Positions 9,274 to 18,207 of a stretch of DNA of 50,256 nucleotides are shown one piece after another. The position numbers and the translations under genes are program-made. Location: assembly GCA_964349485.1 (NCBI GenBank), contig CAYGGE010000006.1, positions 1 to 50,256 on the forward strand. Reading direction: 5' to 3'. Origin of the DNA: an uncultured Candidatus Saccharibacteria bacterium. GTDB lineage: Bacteria; Patescibacteriota; UBA1384; CAYGGE01. Position 1 is the first letter of the stretch, and every line of letters starts with the position of its first letter. The notes below the pieces were generated by a model, which made no database searches, was not told the DNA's origin, and saw nothing but the letters and a program-made list of their open reading frames with translations.

Positions 9274-10365
9274 ATGAGGAATTTTATGACACCAAAACTT
9301 CCTAAACATAACTATGCAGTCATCATGGCTGGTGGATCGGGCACCCGGCTCTGGCCTTTATCGCGTAAAGACTTGCCTAAGCAGATGCAACGGTTCATCG
9401 GCGACAAATCTTTGATCAACGAGACGGTCGAACGACTCTCTGGGTTTATCGATGAGGATAACATCTACATCTCAACAACTGCCAACTATGAGGAAAAGAT
9501 TCGCTCACTCCTCCCCTCTATCCCAGAGGCAAACATTGTCGTTGAGCCGATTGCGCGTGGCACGACCGCAGCATTAGCCCTAGTTACGAGCACTATATTT
9601 GCTCGAGACAATGAAGCGCGATTGTTCTATATTGCCTCTGATCATGCCGTGACTGACATCGACAAGTTTCAGCAGACCCTACTCGAGACATTTAATTATG
9701 TCGCCGATCATCCGAACGATATAGCGCTGGTCGGTATCAAGCCAACCAGACCCGACACTGGGCTCGGATATATCAAAATGAGTAATAAGATCAGCGATAA
9801 CCCAGTAGTTCATCTGGTCGACAAATTCGTCGAGAAGCCCAGTCTGAAAATCGCTAAACTCTACGTTCAATCCGGCGAGTATTACTGGAATGCCGCTTAT
9901 TACTGCTTTAGCGCCAAAACCCTCCTGACGGCTTATGAAGATGCCGATCCAGCGATTACGACCAATATCGCTGCCTATCTCAAGTCACATGACATTGAGG
10001 ACTTCAACAAAGTGCCAATCAAGGCTCAGGAAATTGAAGTTATCGATGCCTCAAAATATCGTTTGGTCTTAGTCCCAGCTGATTTTGCCTGGAGCGATAT
10101 CGGTAACTGGCAAACCCTGCACGAGCTACTGGCATCGGTTGAGGGAAACGATATGATTGCCCATAGTTCAAAACATATCGATATCAATAGTACGAACTGT
10201 TTGGTTATGTCGACATCCGATAAACTGATTGCGACGGTTGGACTGGATAATTTGGTCGTCGTCGATACTCCAGACGTCACTCTCATTTTAAACAAAGAAC
10301 AACCGCAGGAGATAAAACAATTGCTGGAGATCCTGAAAGAAAAAGGAATGACCGAGTACTTATGA
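9274..10365 (+). CDS. Mannose-1-phosphate guanylyltransferase (NTP-transferase family)
   Basis: AVIMAGGSGTRLWPLSR nucleotide-binding motif and an ASDH block. The likely true start is ATG 9286, preceded by GAGGA. Confidence 0.85.
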   Translation: MRNFMTPKLPKHNYAVIMAGGSGTRLWPLSRKDLPKQMQRFIGDKSLINETVERLSGFIDEDNIYISTTANYEEKIRSLLPSIPEANIVVEPIARGTTAALALVTSTIFARDNEARLFYIASDHAVTDIDKFQQTLLETFNYVADHPNDIALVGIKPTRPDTGLGYIKMSNKISDNPVVHLVDKFVEKPSLKIAKLYVQSGEYYWNAAYYCFSAKTLLTAYEDADPAITTNIAAYLKSHDIEDFNKVPIKAQEIEVIDASKYRLVLVPADFAWSDIGNWQTLHELLASVEGNDMIAHSSKHIDINSTNCLVMSTSDKLIATVGLDNLVVVDTPDVTLILNKEQPQEIKQLLEILKEKGMTEYL

Positions 10366-10401
10366 TATAACAGGCATATTTTAACTACAAAGGATACAAC
10401 T

Positions 10402-11355
10402 ATGCACAGAATCTTAGTAACGGGTGGAGCAGGCTTTGTCGGGAGCAATGCCGCTAATTGGTTCTCACGTAATGGTTATGAAGTTATTGCGATCGACGAC
10501 TTATCTTTAGGGTGGCAGCAGAACCTTGAGCCATCGGTAACCTTTATCAAAGGTGATGTGAACCGAAAAGAGGATTTGGAAAAAGTGGGCAAGGTTGATT
10601 TTGTGATCCATCTCGCTGCTTCCTCATCGGCTCCGATGTTTACCAAGGACCTTGGTCAAGCAGTGACTAACAACATCAACGGCCATATCAAGGTCATGGA
10701 GTATGCAACGAAGGTTGGAGCAAAGAAGATGCTTTTTGCTTCAACTTCATCGATTTATGGCAATAACCCGGTCCCGCTGACCGAATACCAACCGGTTAGC
10801 CCGCCGAACTATTATGCGACCAGTAAGCATGCCCAAGAAGAATTATCACAAGTCTATAGCCAAATAAATAACTTAGAGATAATTGGTTTCCGCTTCATGA
10901 GTGTTTATGGCCTTCATGAAGAGCATAAAGGAAGTTTCGCGAACCTCGTATCACAATTTATCTGGGGCATGGAGCAGGGTAAACAACCAACAATCTATGG
11001 CGATGGCACCCAGACCCGCGATCTGACTAACGTGAAAGACCTCATCCAGGCCTTTAAATTGGCCTTGGATACCGAAAAACATTTCGGTTACACGATGTTC
11101 AACGTCGGTACATCGCTAGCCATCAACATGCTTGATCTAATGGTCCTGCTGAACAAAGCGATGGGGACAAATATCCCTGGTAACTTGATCGAAAATCCGA
11201 TCAAGTCCGGCTACGTCAAACATCAACAAGCCTCGTTAGCAAAGATTGAGCGTGAGCTTGGTTACAAACCAACTGTCACGTTAGAAGATGGGGTACGTGA
11301 AATTGTTGACTTTCGTAAGACAAATCCAATACCACCGTCATCCTTGAGTTTTTAA
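10402..11355 (+). CDS. NAD-dependent epimerase/dehydratase (SDR family)
   Basis: VTGGAGFVGSN Rossmann motif and the YATSK catalytic YxxxK. Confidence 0.85.
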   Translation: MHRILVTGGAGFVGSNAANWFSRNGYEVIAIDDLSLGWQQNLEPSVTFIKGDVNRKEDLEKVGKVDFVIHLAASSSAPMFTKDLGQAVTNNINGHIKVMEYATKVGAKKMLFASTSSIYGNNPVPLTEYQPVSPPNYYATSKHAQEELSQVYSQINNLEIIGFRFMSVYGLHEEHKGSFANLVSQFIWGMEQGKQPTIYGDGTQTRDLTNVKDLIQAFKLALDTEKHFGYTMFNVGTSLAINMLDLMVLLNKAMGTNIPGNLIENPIKSGYVKHQQASLAKIERELGYKPTVTLEDGVREIVDFRKTNPIPPSSLSF

Positions 11356-11363
11356 GGAGTAAT

Positions 11364-12569
11364 ATGGCTCTAGATGTAACCTTTTATAATATCGATACCG
11401 ATATGGCAGAGACCAAAGCGGCAAACCGCTCACTCCTTGAGTCCATTCAAACACCGCCCTTCCTAAGTCATAAAGAAGATATTGCTGCCCTTCGCACCAA
11501 ACTCGAGCCGTACCAAAAGTATGAAAATATCCTGATCATCGGCAATGGCGGCTCCATCTGGTCATTTATGCCTTTGTATGTCGCGCTGGCTGATCGAGTA
11601 AATGGCAAAACAGTCGTGCCGGTAACCGACATGGAACCAGATAACATCAATATTCTTAAGGCGAAATATCCTAAAGAGACGACCGTTGTACTGGTTATTA
11701 GCAAGTCTGGATCGACGGTAGGTGTCATTGAAGACCTCTTTGTGTTCGCAGACTACCCGGCCATCTACGTTACTGATCCCGCAGGCACGATAGGGGAGAT
11801 AGGTTCACGACGCAATGTTCAGATTATACCTCATCCAATAGTTGGTGGCAGATACTCAACCTTCACCTGCTGCGCCTACGTACCGGCTATTTTAGCTGGT
11901 CTAGACGTTGAAGAGATTGAAGCTGGCGGGAGGAGATTCTACGGAGAATATTCGGATCTTGATGACCGAAATAATAACGCTCTCGACACTGCACTTGTCC
12001 TCAATGAGCTAGAAGATAAGGGCTACACCGAGATGTTCCTGCCGATCTACTCAAACTTTTTTCAGACATTTGGCAATATCGTCACCCAGCTTTTCCATGA
12101 GTCGTTCGGCAAAGTCGGGAAGGGGATTACCGTCGTTGCGGCCCAAGCCCCAGAGAGCCAACACCACACCAACCAACGCTTCTTCGGCGGCCGCAAAAAC
12201 ATGGTCGGCTGCTTCACGCGCGTCGTAAACCAGATCGATGTCGTATCGAAAGTGAGCGTTCCAACTGAACTTCACGACATCCCACTTCGAACCGGAACGT
12301 TAGCCGATATCGACGGCTTGCGACTCACCGATTCATTCCGATCTGAGTATGAAGGGACGTTTACTAATGCGAAAAACCAAAACATCCCAATTATCGATAT
12401 CGCCATTGCCGAAGTCTCCCCCTACACCGTCGGCGCCCTCATGGCATTCTGGCACTACGTCACCGTCTACAGCGCCGCTCTCCGTCAAGTAGACCCCTTC
12501 GACCAACCCCAAGTAGAAGCCAGCAAAGTCATCTCTTTCGAACAACGCAAAGCCTCAAAGCAATCTTGA
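11364..12569 (+). CDS. pgi: Glucose-6-phosphate isomerase (short type)
   Basis: IGNGGS and ISKSGST sugar-isomerase motifs, with a length of about 400 aa. Confidence 0.8.
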   Translation: MALDVTFYNIDTDMAETKAANRSLLESIQTPPFLSHKEDIAALRTKLEPYQKYENILIIGNGGSIWSFMPLYVALADRVNGKTVVPVTDMEPDNINILKAKYPKETTVVLVISKSGSTVGVIEDLFVFADYPAIYVTDPAGTIGEIGSRRNVQIIPHPIVGGRYSTFTCCAYVPAILAGLDVEEIEAGGRRFYGEYSDLDDRNNNALDTALVLNELEDKGYTEMFLPIYSNFFQTFGNIVTQLFHESFGKVGKGITVVAAQAPESQHHTNQRFFGGRKNMVGCFTRVVNQIDVVSKVSVPTELHDIPLRTGTLADIDGLRLTDSFRSEYEGTFTNAKNQNIPIIDIAIAEVSPYTVGALMAFWHYVTVYSAALRQVDPFDQPQVEASKVISFEQRKASKQS

Positions 12570-12637
12570 TATTTCAGGTTAGATTTGATATTATTCACTC
12601 TAATAACTGAAAATCGTTCGCTTATAATTAGTAGTCA

Positions 12638-12713
12638 GGGCCGTTAGCTCAGTTGGTAGAGCACTTCCATGGCATGGAAGGGGTCAGGAGTTCGAGTCTC
12701 CTACGGTCCACCA
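12638..12713 (+). tRNA. tRNA-Ala(GGC)
   Basis: Acceptor GGGCCGT/ACGGTCC with the G3:U70 identity pair. Anticodon stem CTTCC/GGAAG with loop ATGGCAT (GGC). T arm AGGAG-TTCGAGT-CTCCT. ACCA. Confidence 0.93.
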
Positions 12714-14235
12714 AATTGCTATTTGACATATTAATATATTCTTCCAACCTGAACGGAAGGCTTATATTGGGTGTTCCAAAACCATTTATAAGTGAGTATT
12801 TCGGATTAGCTGTAAAGATCATATTGTGAACCATATTTTTTAGTTCTATACCTGATCTTGTCCATGTTTCAGCCGGTGTTCCAAGGAATTTTAGTGTTAG
12901 TTGTAGAGCCTCCTCAAAGTTAGGTTCTTTTTTGTATACGACGTTTGTTCGCAAGTCTTTCACTTGTTGGTCTAATTCATCAATCCTTGCCTCGTAGCGG
13001 CCTCGTACGCTCTCTGAGCGAGCCGTAGGCATTAACTTTACATATTCATCGATCTGAGACTCTAGGGACTTAATCTCAGCTTCATTAGAAGCATTACCTA
13101 ATTCCATCTCCTCGACTTTTCGTTGCCATATTCGCATAGCGACGATTTCTGCCATTTCAAGCACCTCCTTCTCGATTTTTATATTTTCAAGTAGCTGAAT
13201 ATAATCTGTTTCAACACGACTAGCAGTAATATTCTTCGGATTAGCAACGCACTCTTTGTTATTGCACGTGTAGTGGGAATAATACTTACGCTTACCTCTG
13301 CTGGTACTTCCAGTTAACTTTCTGTCGCAAAAAGCGCAGTCGACGACTCTTCGTAGTGGGAACTCTCGACTGTCATACTCACGTGGGCCACGGTCAGGCC
13401 GCTTAAGCTTCTTTTGAATCTTCACGAATGTTTCTTCGGAGATAAGGGCAGTATGTTGACCTCTTCTTTTGGAAATATCCCATGCCTTGTATTCGACAAT
13501 GCCAGCATAGAGCGGTTGCATCATAATGCCTTTAACGTAATCGCAATCGATCTTTCTTTTATCGCTGCCGATAAGGTTGTGATAATTTTGAGTAATAAGA
13601 AATTCAATAAAATCTGTTTGGCTTATAATTCTGTCTTCAGCAAAAGCATTGAGTGCCTCTGTCAAAATATCGGTAATATCTGTTATGGGCATTAAGAGCT
13701 TGCCATGTTCGCTATTCTTTCTGTACTCATAACCTGCCGGCGCCTTGAAGCACCAATAGCCTCGTTCGACACGTGCTCGCATCTTCTGGCAAACTTGGCG
13801 TCGGTTTTGTTTTCGCTCTAGCTCATTTTGAGCAGCGAATATTGTTTCAACAAACTCGCCCTCAGCACTATCGTCAAACTGATAGTTAAGGCAGCGCAGT
13901 CGTGCGTCGCGGGCATGTAACTCAGCTCTCAATTTTCGGTGAACGCCTACGTCTCGCGCAAAGCGTTTCAGATCATCAAAGATGACGACATATTTACTTT
14001 CCCAATGGTCGTCTAAGTACTTAAGAAGGGCCGTCATGGCCGGTCGGTCAAAGAGTCCGCCAGAGATACCTTCTTCACGAAAAACTTCCTCAACCTCTAG
14101 ACTTACCGAGGCGGCGTCAAGTCGACAGCGATGTTCTTGGCTGTCGAGTCCGCTCCCTTCCTTAACTTGCTTATCGGAAGAAACGCGGCAATAAATTAGG
14201 GCTCTAGCGTACTCGTTTTCCATCTTCGTACTCAA
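12649..14235 (-). CDS. Large serine recombinase (integrase)
   Basis: Resolvase catalytic block ALIYCRVSSDKQ, a recombinase domain, the zinc ribbon CAFCDRK...YTCNNKEC and a coiled-coil. TTG at 14235, or more likely ATG at 14223. The last 18 codons are antisense to tRNA-Ala. Confidence 0.9.
   Translation of the reverse strand: MSTKMENEYARALIYCRVSSDKQVKEGSGLDSQEHRCRLDAASVSLEVEEVFREEGISGGLFDRPAMTALLKYLDDHWESKYVVIFDDLKRFARDVGVHRKLRAELHARDARLRCLNYQFDDSAEGEFVETIFAAQNELERKQNRRQVCQKMRARVERGYWCFKAPAGYEYRKNSEHGKLLMPITDITDILTEALNAFAEDRIISQTDFIEFLITQNYHNLIGSDKRKIDCDYVKGIMMQPLYAGIVEYKAWDISKRRGQHTALISEETFVKIQKKLKRPDRGPREYDSREFPLRRVVDCAFCDRKLTGSTSRGKRKYYSHYTCNNKECVANPKNITASRVETDYIQLLENIKIEKEVLEMAEIVAMRIWQRKVEEMELGNASNEAEIKSLESQIDEYVKLMPTARSESVRGRYEARIDELDQQVKDLRTNVVYKKEPNFEEALQLTLKFLGTPAETWTRSGIELKNMVHNMIFTANPKYSLINGFGTPNISLPFRLEEYINMSNSNLVDRRRLELLTPSMPWKCSTN
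12705..12812 (+). repeat. Left direct repeat (attL-like), overlaps the last 9 nt of tRNA-Ala
   Basis: Gap-free hand alignment with 39829-39936 gives 94/108 identities. Shared 14-mer GGTCCACCAAATTG. 33-nt perfect core at 12755-12787. Confidence 0.85.
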
Positions 14236-14443
14236 AATCCTTTAGATAGGCACCGATAACTTTATCGACGATGCCAATCATGTTATTTCGTATTTCTAAA
14301 ATGCGTTTGTCGGGTAGTTGAAACTCACCCATGTATTGCTTGCATTCTTCAAGCGAAATTACTTCTTGACTGTTAGACTTTTTCTTAGCCACTGGTGAGC
14401 CTGTATTCTGTTGTCTAACAGGTTGAGACAGATCGAGATTCAT
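14204..14443 (-). CDS. Hypothetical 79-aa protein upstream of and overlapping the recombinase gene
   Basis: Strong RBS (GGAGGGG then ATG on the minus strand). 32-nt overlap with the recombinase ORF. No recognisable motif. Confidence 0.55.
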   Translation of the reverse strand: MNLDLSQPVRQQNTGSPVAKKKSNSQEVISLEECKQYMGEFQLPDKRILEIRNNMIGIVDKVIGAYLKDFEYEDGKRVR

Positions 14444-14474
14444 ACCCCTCCTCGTTATCTATATATCGATAATA

Positions 14475-14490
14475 TATCTGTATACAGATA
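14475..14490. promoter_or_regulatory. Perfect 16-bp palindrome TATCTGTATACAGATA in a divergent intergenic region
   Basis: The sequence equals its own reverse complement. It lies 32 nt upstream of the 79-aa gene start, between that operon and def. Confidence 0.5.
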
Positions 14491-14630
14491 GTTGTCAATA
14501 GGTAGTTTATACATACTTTTTGGCATAGTCGTCACTATCGAGCGTGCTATATATTAAATCTGTAGCAAGCTAACGGCCGTAACAGTAAAAGTCTACAGAT
14601 TATCAGTTCTTTTTTTGGTATAGTGCAGCT

Positions 14631-15251
14631 ATGTATGAAACGCTTACGTTGGCTGATCCAACTAGCCCTACACTTAACCGCGTAGCAAATTTAGTATCAA
14701 TAGATGCTATTAATTCACCAGATATTGAAGATACGATAAGCCAAATGCTTCATATCGCTTATGGACGACAAGGTGACGTAAAGGCTAGAACAATGGTTGG
14801 CCTAGCAGCACCTCAAGTTGGTGTTTCGAAAAGAATTATCGTCGTAGGGGTGAACTCGACCGGATTAGGAGAAATACCCGATCTAAAAGTATTTATAAAT
14901 CCTACGATCATATATAAATCAGAGTTAACTGAAGAGGGACGTGAAGGGTGCTTCTCGACTGGCCACATCTGCGGTGTAGTGAGCCGTTCTGTCTCAATTA
15001 CAGTGCGAGCTTACGATCAGACCGGAAAAGAAATAGAAGTAACTCTTGAAGGCTTTCCGGCACGTGTCATGCAGCATGAGATTGATCATCTTGATGGCAT
15101 TCGCTTCCCAGACCACATTACCGACGGAAATAAACTACACTGGGTTGAGACAGATGAATTTGGTGACTATCGCGATCATTGGCGGACTTGGGGTAAATAT
15201 TGCTCATTCGAGAAATGGAACGCAATGAAGAGCGGTGAAGCAGTCGGATAA
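14631..15251 (+). CDS. def: Peptide deformylase
   Basis: All three motifs are present: GLAAPQVG, EGCFS and QHEIDHLDG. Confidence 0.9.
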   Translation: MYETLTLADPTSPTLNRVANLVSIDAINSPDIEDTISQMLHIAYGRQGDVKARTMVGLAAPQVGVSKRIIVVGVNSTGLGEIPDLKVFINPTIIYKSELTEEGREGCFSTGHICGVVSRSVSITVRAYDQTGKEIEVTLEGFPARVMQHEIDHLDGIRFPDHITDGNKLHWVETDEFGDYRDHWRTWGKYCSFEKWNAMKSGEAVG

Positions 15252-15284
15252 GTATTTTCTGGTATACTTCAAACAAAGGAGATC

Positions 15285-15800
15285 ATGATGAAGGTGATCT
15301 TATACATGGCAACTACTCTCAATGGAATGATCGCGAAGCTCGATGATGATACGAGCTGGATCAGTGGTGCAGAATGGGATCAATACAGTAAGATTGTACG
15401 ATCAGCAGGTCACCTTATCGTTGGACATAGAACATACGATATACTTACTAAGCAGCCAGAGTTCGTTGAGTTTAAGAATGTGAAAGTCGTTGTGGTTGCA
15501 ACAAAAGAGGTGGATCTCGTTGATGATAGCCATAAAATAGCTACTTCTCCTGAAGCAGCACTCAATCTATGCGAAGGCGCTAAAGAAGTGGTTGTCGCTG
15601 GCGGCGGAATTCTTAATGCTGCCTTCTTAGAGAAACGTTTAGTTAATGAAATATATATCGATATTGAGCCTATCATCTTAGGTAGAGGCCTGCCTCTTTT
15701 TAATGGCTCAGACTTTGTTGCCAACCTCAGGTTAATAGACAGCCAGAAGATTGCGGACAATGAAATTCAACTACACTTTGAGGTAGAGAAGGATAAGTAA
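15285..15800 (+). CDS. Dihydrofolate reductase-family protein (RibD C-terminal domain)
   Basis: About 170 aa. The N-terminus KVILYMATTLNGMIA...W and the LIVGHRTYD block are typical of RibD_C/DHFR-like reductases. Confidence 0.75.
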   Translation: MMKVILYMATTLNGMIAKLDDDTSWISGAEWDQYSKIVRSAGHLIVGHRTYDILTKQPEFVEFKNVKVVVVATKEVDLVDDSHKIATSPEAALNLCEGAKEVVVAGGGILNAAFLEKRLVNEIYIDIEPIILGRGLPLFNGSDFVANLRLIDSQKIADNEIQLHFEVEKDK

Positions 15801-17173
15801 TGGATAAAATTGCATCAACAAACCCATCGAAGAGTTATTCTGTAATCGATTCAGTCGAGATTTCAACAAGCGAAGAAATCGCAGAAAAAGTTGCCTTAGC
15901 CCGTAATGCAGCTAAGGCTTGGCAAGAGCTTGGTATAGATGGGCGATCTCAGTTAATACGAAAGCTCATGGAGGCTTTTGGCAATGATGAAGAACAACTA
16001 GCCCAGCTCATGTCTAAGGAAATGGGAATGCCGATTAAAGAGACACGCGAAGATCTGAAATTTGGTTTAGATTATCTTAACTCCTATATCGACCAGGCAC
16101 AGGACTATTTTAAACCAGAGATTACTTACCAGACTGAAAGTGAAGTTCACGAAGTATATCGTGAGCCTTATGGCGTGGCTGCGGTAATCGTACCCTGGAA
16201 TTTTCCATTTACAAACTTTGTATGGCAATGCGGACAAAATTTAATTGCGGGTAATACAATCGTATTTAAGCACTCAGAGGAAACACCTCTCTTTGGCCGT
16301 GAGATCGAGAAACTCACAAATGCTGTATTGCCGAAAGGTGTATTTAATGAGATTTATGGTGACGGTTCGGTCGGAGAATTGCTAGTTAATGAAGATGTGA
16401 ATCTTATCTGTTTCACTGGTAGTACCAAGACGGGACGTAGAATCAACGAATTAGCTGCAAAACGGTTTATTCCAACAATTATGGAACTTGGAGGTTCGGC
16501 ACCTGGAATTATATTTGAAGATACCGATATAGATACGATCAAACAGACTCTTTTTAATGTCAGATTCATTAACTGCGGACAGATGTGTGACGCCCTCAAG
16601 AGGTTAATTGTTCATGAAAGCAAGATAGATGAGGTTGTCGCAAAACTGATCGAGATTATTCAGTTAAAGAAAATTGGCTCAGCTCAAGATGAACATACAG
16701 ATATCGGACCTCTTCTTGCTGAGAGACAACTAATATTGCTAGAGAATCAGGTCGCTGATGCAAAAGAAAAAGGAGCCGAAATAGTAGTCGGCGGGAAGCG
16801 CCCAGGCGGATTAAGTGGAGCATATTACGAACCAACGATACTAACTAGCGTTACGAGTGATATGCGAGTATGGAAAGAGGAAGTTTTCGGCCCAGTATTG
16901 CCGGTAGTTAGTTTTACAACGGAAGAAGAAGCGATCAAGCTTGCGAACGATACTTCGTTTGGACTGGGCGCTTATATCTTTACGCAAGATAAAGAGCGGT
17001 TTATGCGAGTAGCAAAACAGATAGAGTCTGGTATGGTCGCACAGAATAATATTAGCTATATCAATACCAATAATCCCTTTGGTGGCTATAAGTTATCTGG
17101 TAATAGTCGTGAAAATGGAATCATAGGATTTGATGAAGTTACTCAAGTCAAAATTATTGCAAAGGAATGTTAA
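15800..17173 (+). CDS. NAD(P)-dependent aldehyde dehydrogenase
   Basis: VPWNFP, ELGGSAP and the catalytic-Cys block FINCGQMCDA, plus EEVFGPVL. Start overlaps the previous stop by 1 nt. Confidence 0.9.
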   Translation: MDKIASTNPSKSYSVIDSVEISTSEEIAEKVALARNAAKAWQELGIDGRSQLIRKLMEAFGNDEEQLAQLMSKEMGMPIKETREDLKFGLDYLNSYIDQAQDYFKPEITYQTESEVHEVYREPYGVAAVIVPWNFPFTNFVWQCGQNLIAGNTIVFKHSEETPLFGREIEKLTNAVLPKGVFNEIYGDGSVGELLVNEDVNLICFTGSTKTGRRINELAAKRFIPTIMELGGSAPGIIFEDTDIDTIKQTLFNVRFINCGQMCDALKRLIVHESKIDEVVAKLIEIIQLKKIGSAQDEHTDIGPLLAERQLILLENQVADAKEKGAEIVVGGKRPGGLSGAYYEPTILTSVTSDMRVWKEEVFGPVLPVVSFTTEEEAIKLANDTSFGLGAYIFTQDKERFMRVAKQIESGMVAQNNISYINTNNPFGGYKLSGNSRENGIIGFDEVTQVKIIAKEC

Positions 17174-17574
17174 TGGCCGATTGTGTTTTTTGTAAAATCA
17201 GTTCTAAAGATATCGGTGCTCATACCATTTGGGAAGATGATAAATTTATTGCCTTTCTAGATGTTAATCCTGTTAACCCGGGTCATGTTCTTATTATTCC
17301 TAGGGAACATATCTCGTACATATTTGATCTAGAAGAGCCTGGTTATACTGAGATTTTTCAAGTGGCTAAGAAACTTTCCTTACCACTCAAAAATGCCACG
17401 GAGGCAAAGCGTATTGGTTTGGCAATTGAAGGGTTTGGGGTTGATCATCTTCATCTACATTTAGTGCCGGTCAATACCGGTGGCGAGCTAAACCCTGAGA
17501 GAGCTCAGATTGCTGATGATTCGGATCTAGTCCGTATGGCTAATACAATTACAAGTCACATATCCGACTTGTAA
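17167..17574 (+). CDS. HIT-family nucleotide hydrolase/transferase
   Basis: CVFCKI N-terminus and the histidine triad HLHLHLVP. 7-nt overlap with the ALDH gene. Confidence 0.9.
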   Translation: MLMADCVFCKISSKDIGAHTIWEDDKFIAFLDVNPVNPGHVLIIPREHISYIFDLEEPGYTEIFQVAKKLSLPLKNATEAKRIGLAIEGFGVDHLHLHLVPVNTGGELNPERAQIADDSDLVRMANTITSHISDL

Positions 17575-17580
17575 CACTCA

Positions 17581-18207
17581 CTAAGGTTCTCCGTCCAGAA
17601 ATACCCTTGGATTGACCGGGATACCGAACACCCGAATCTCAAAGTGTAAGTGAGGCCCCGTAGACCAGCCTGTGCTGCCTCGTGTACCAATTAACTGACC
17701 AATCTCCACTTCGTCACCAACAGCGACATTCAGGCTATCTAGGTGGGCGTATACCGAACTCGTAAAATGCCCGTGGTCTATTTTGACATGCTTGCCGTAG
17801 CCCCAGGAGACGGAATCGGCATAGGTAACCTTGCCTTTCATAAACGCCACAACTGGATCACCAACAGTACGGGTAAACGTGGCAATATCTATGCCTGTAT
17901 GAAACGGCTGGTATGGTAGGTCTATCTCACCAAACTCTAAACTAATCGGTCCGGAGACTGGCCAGACGCCGAGAGATTCAATATGGTCGACCACTTCGCC
18001 CGTGCGAGGATCCCGAATGTCGACTTGCACAGATTGCGGATCGCGACTAACTAACGCGCCGGATACAATCTCTAGACCAACTTCGGTAATCATAATGACC
18101 GTAAAGACGGGAATAAGACAGATGACTAAAAAAGTAATAAAGACGTATTTAATTTCTTTCTTCATCGAGAAAGCAGTGGCAATAGCGCTAATGGTTTGGG
18201 GTGTCAT
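17581..18207 (-). CDS. Membrane-anchored M23 metallopeptidase (T4SS cell-wall hydrolase candidate)
   Basis: N-terminal TM helix and the M23 motifs HTGIDIA and GPHLHFEI. ATGA overlap with the VirB4 gene. Confidence 0.88.
   Translation of the reverse strand: MTPQTISAIATAFSMKKEIKYVFITFLVICLIPVFTVIMITEVGLEIVSGALVSRDPQSVQVDIRDPRTGEVVDHIESLGVWPVSGPISLEFGEIDLPYQPFHTGIDIATFTRTVGDPVVAFMKGKVTYADSVSWGYGKHVKIDHGHFTSSVYAHLDSLNVAVGDEVEIGQLIGTRGSTGWSTGPHLHFEIRVFGIPVNPRVFLDGEP

Noticed and set aside
12623-12628. TATAAT 9 nt upstream of tRNA-Ala, as a possible tRNA promoter.
   Set aside because: No acceptable -35 element lies at a 16-18-nt spacing, and the -10 alone is common in AT-rich spacers.
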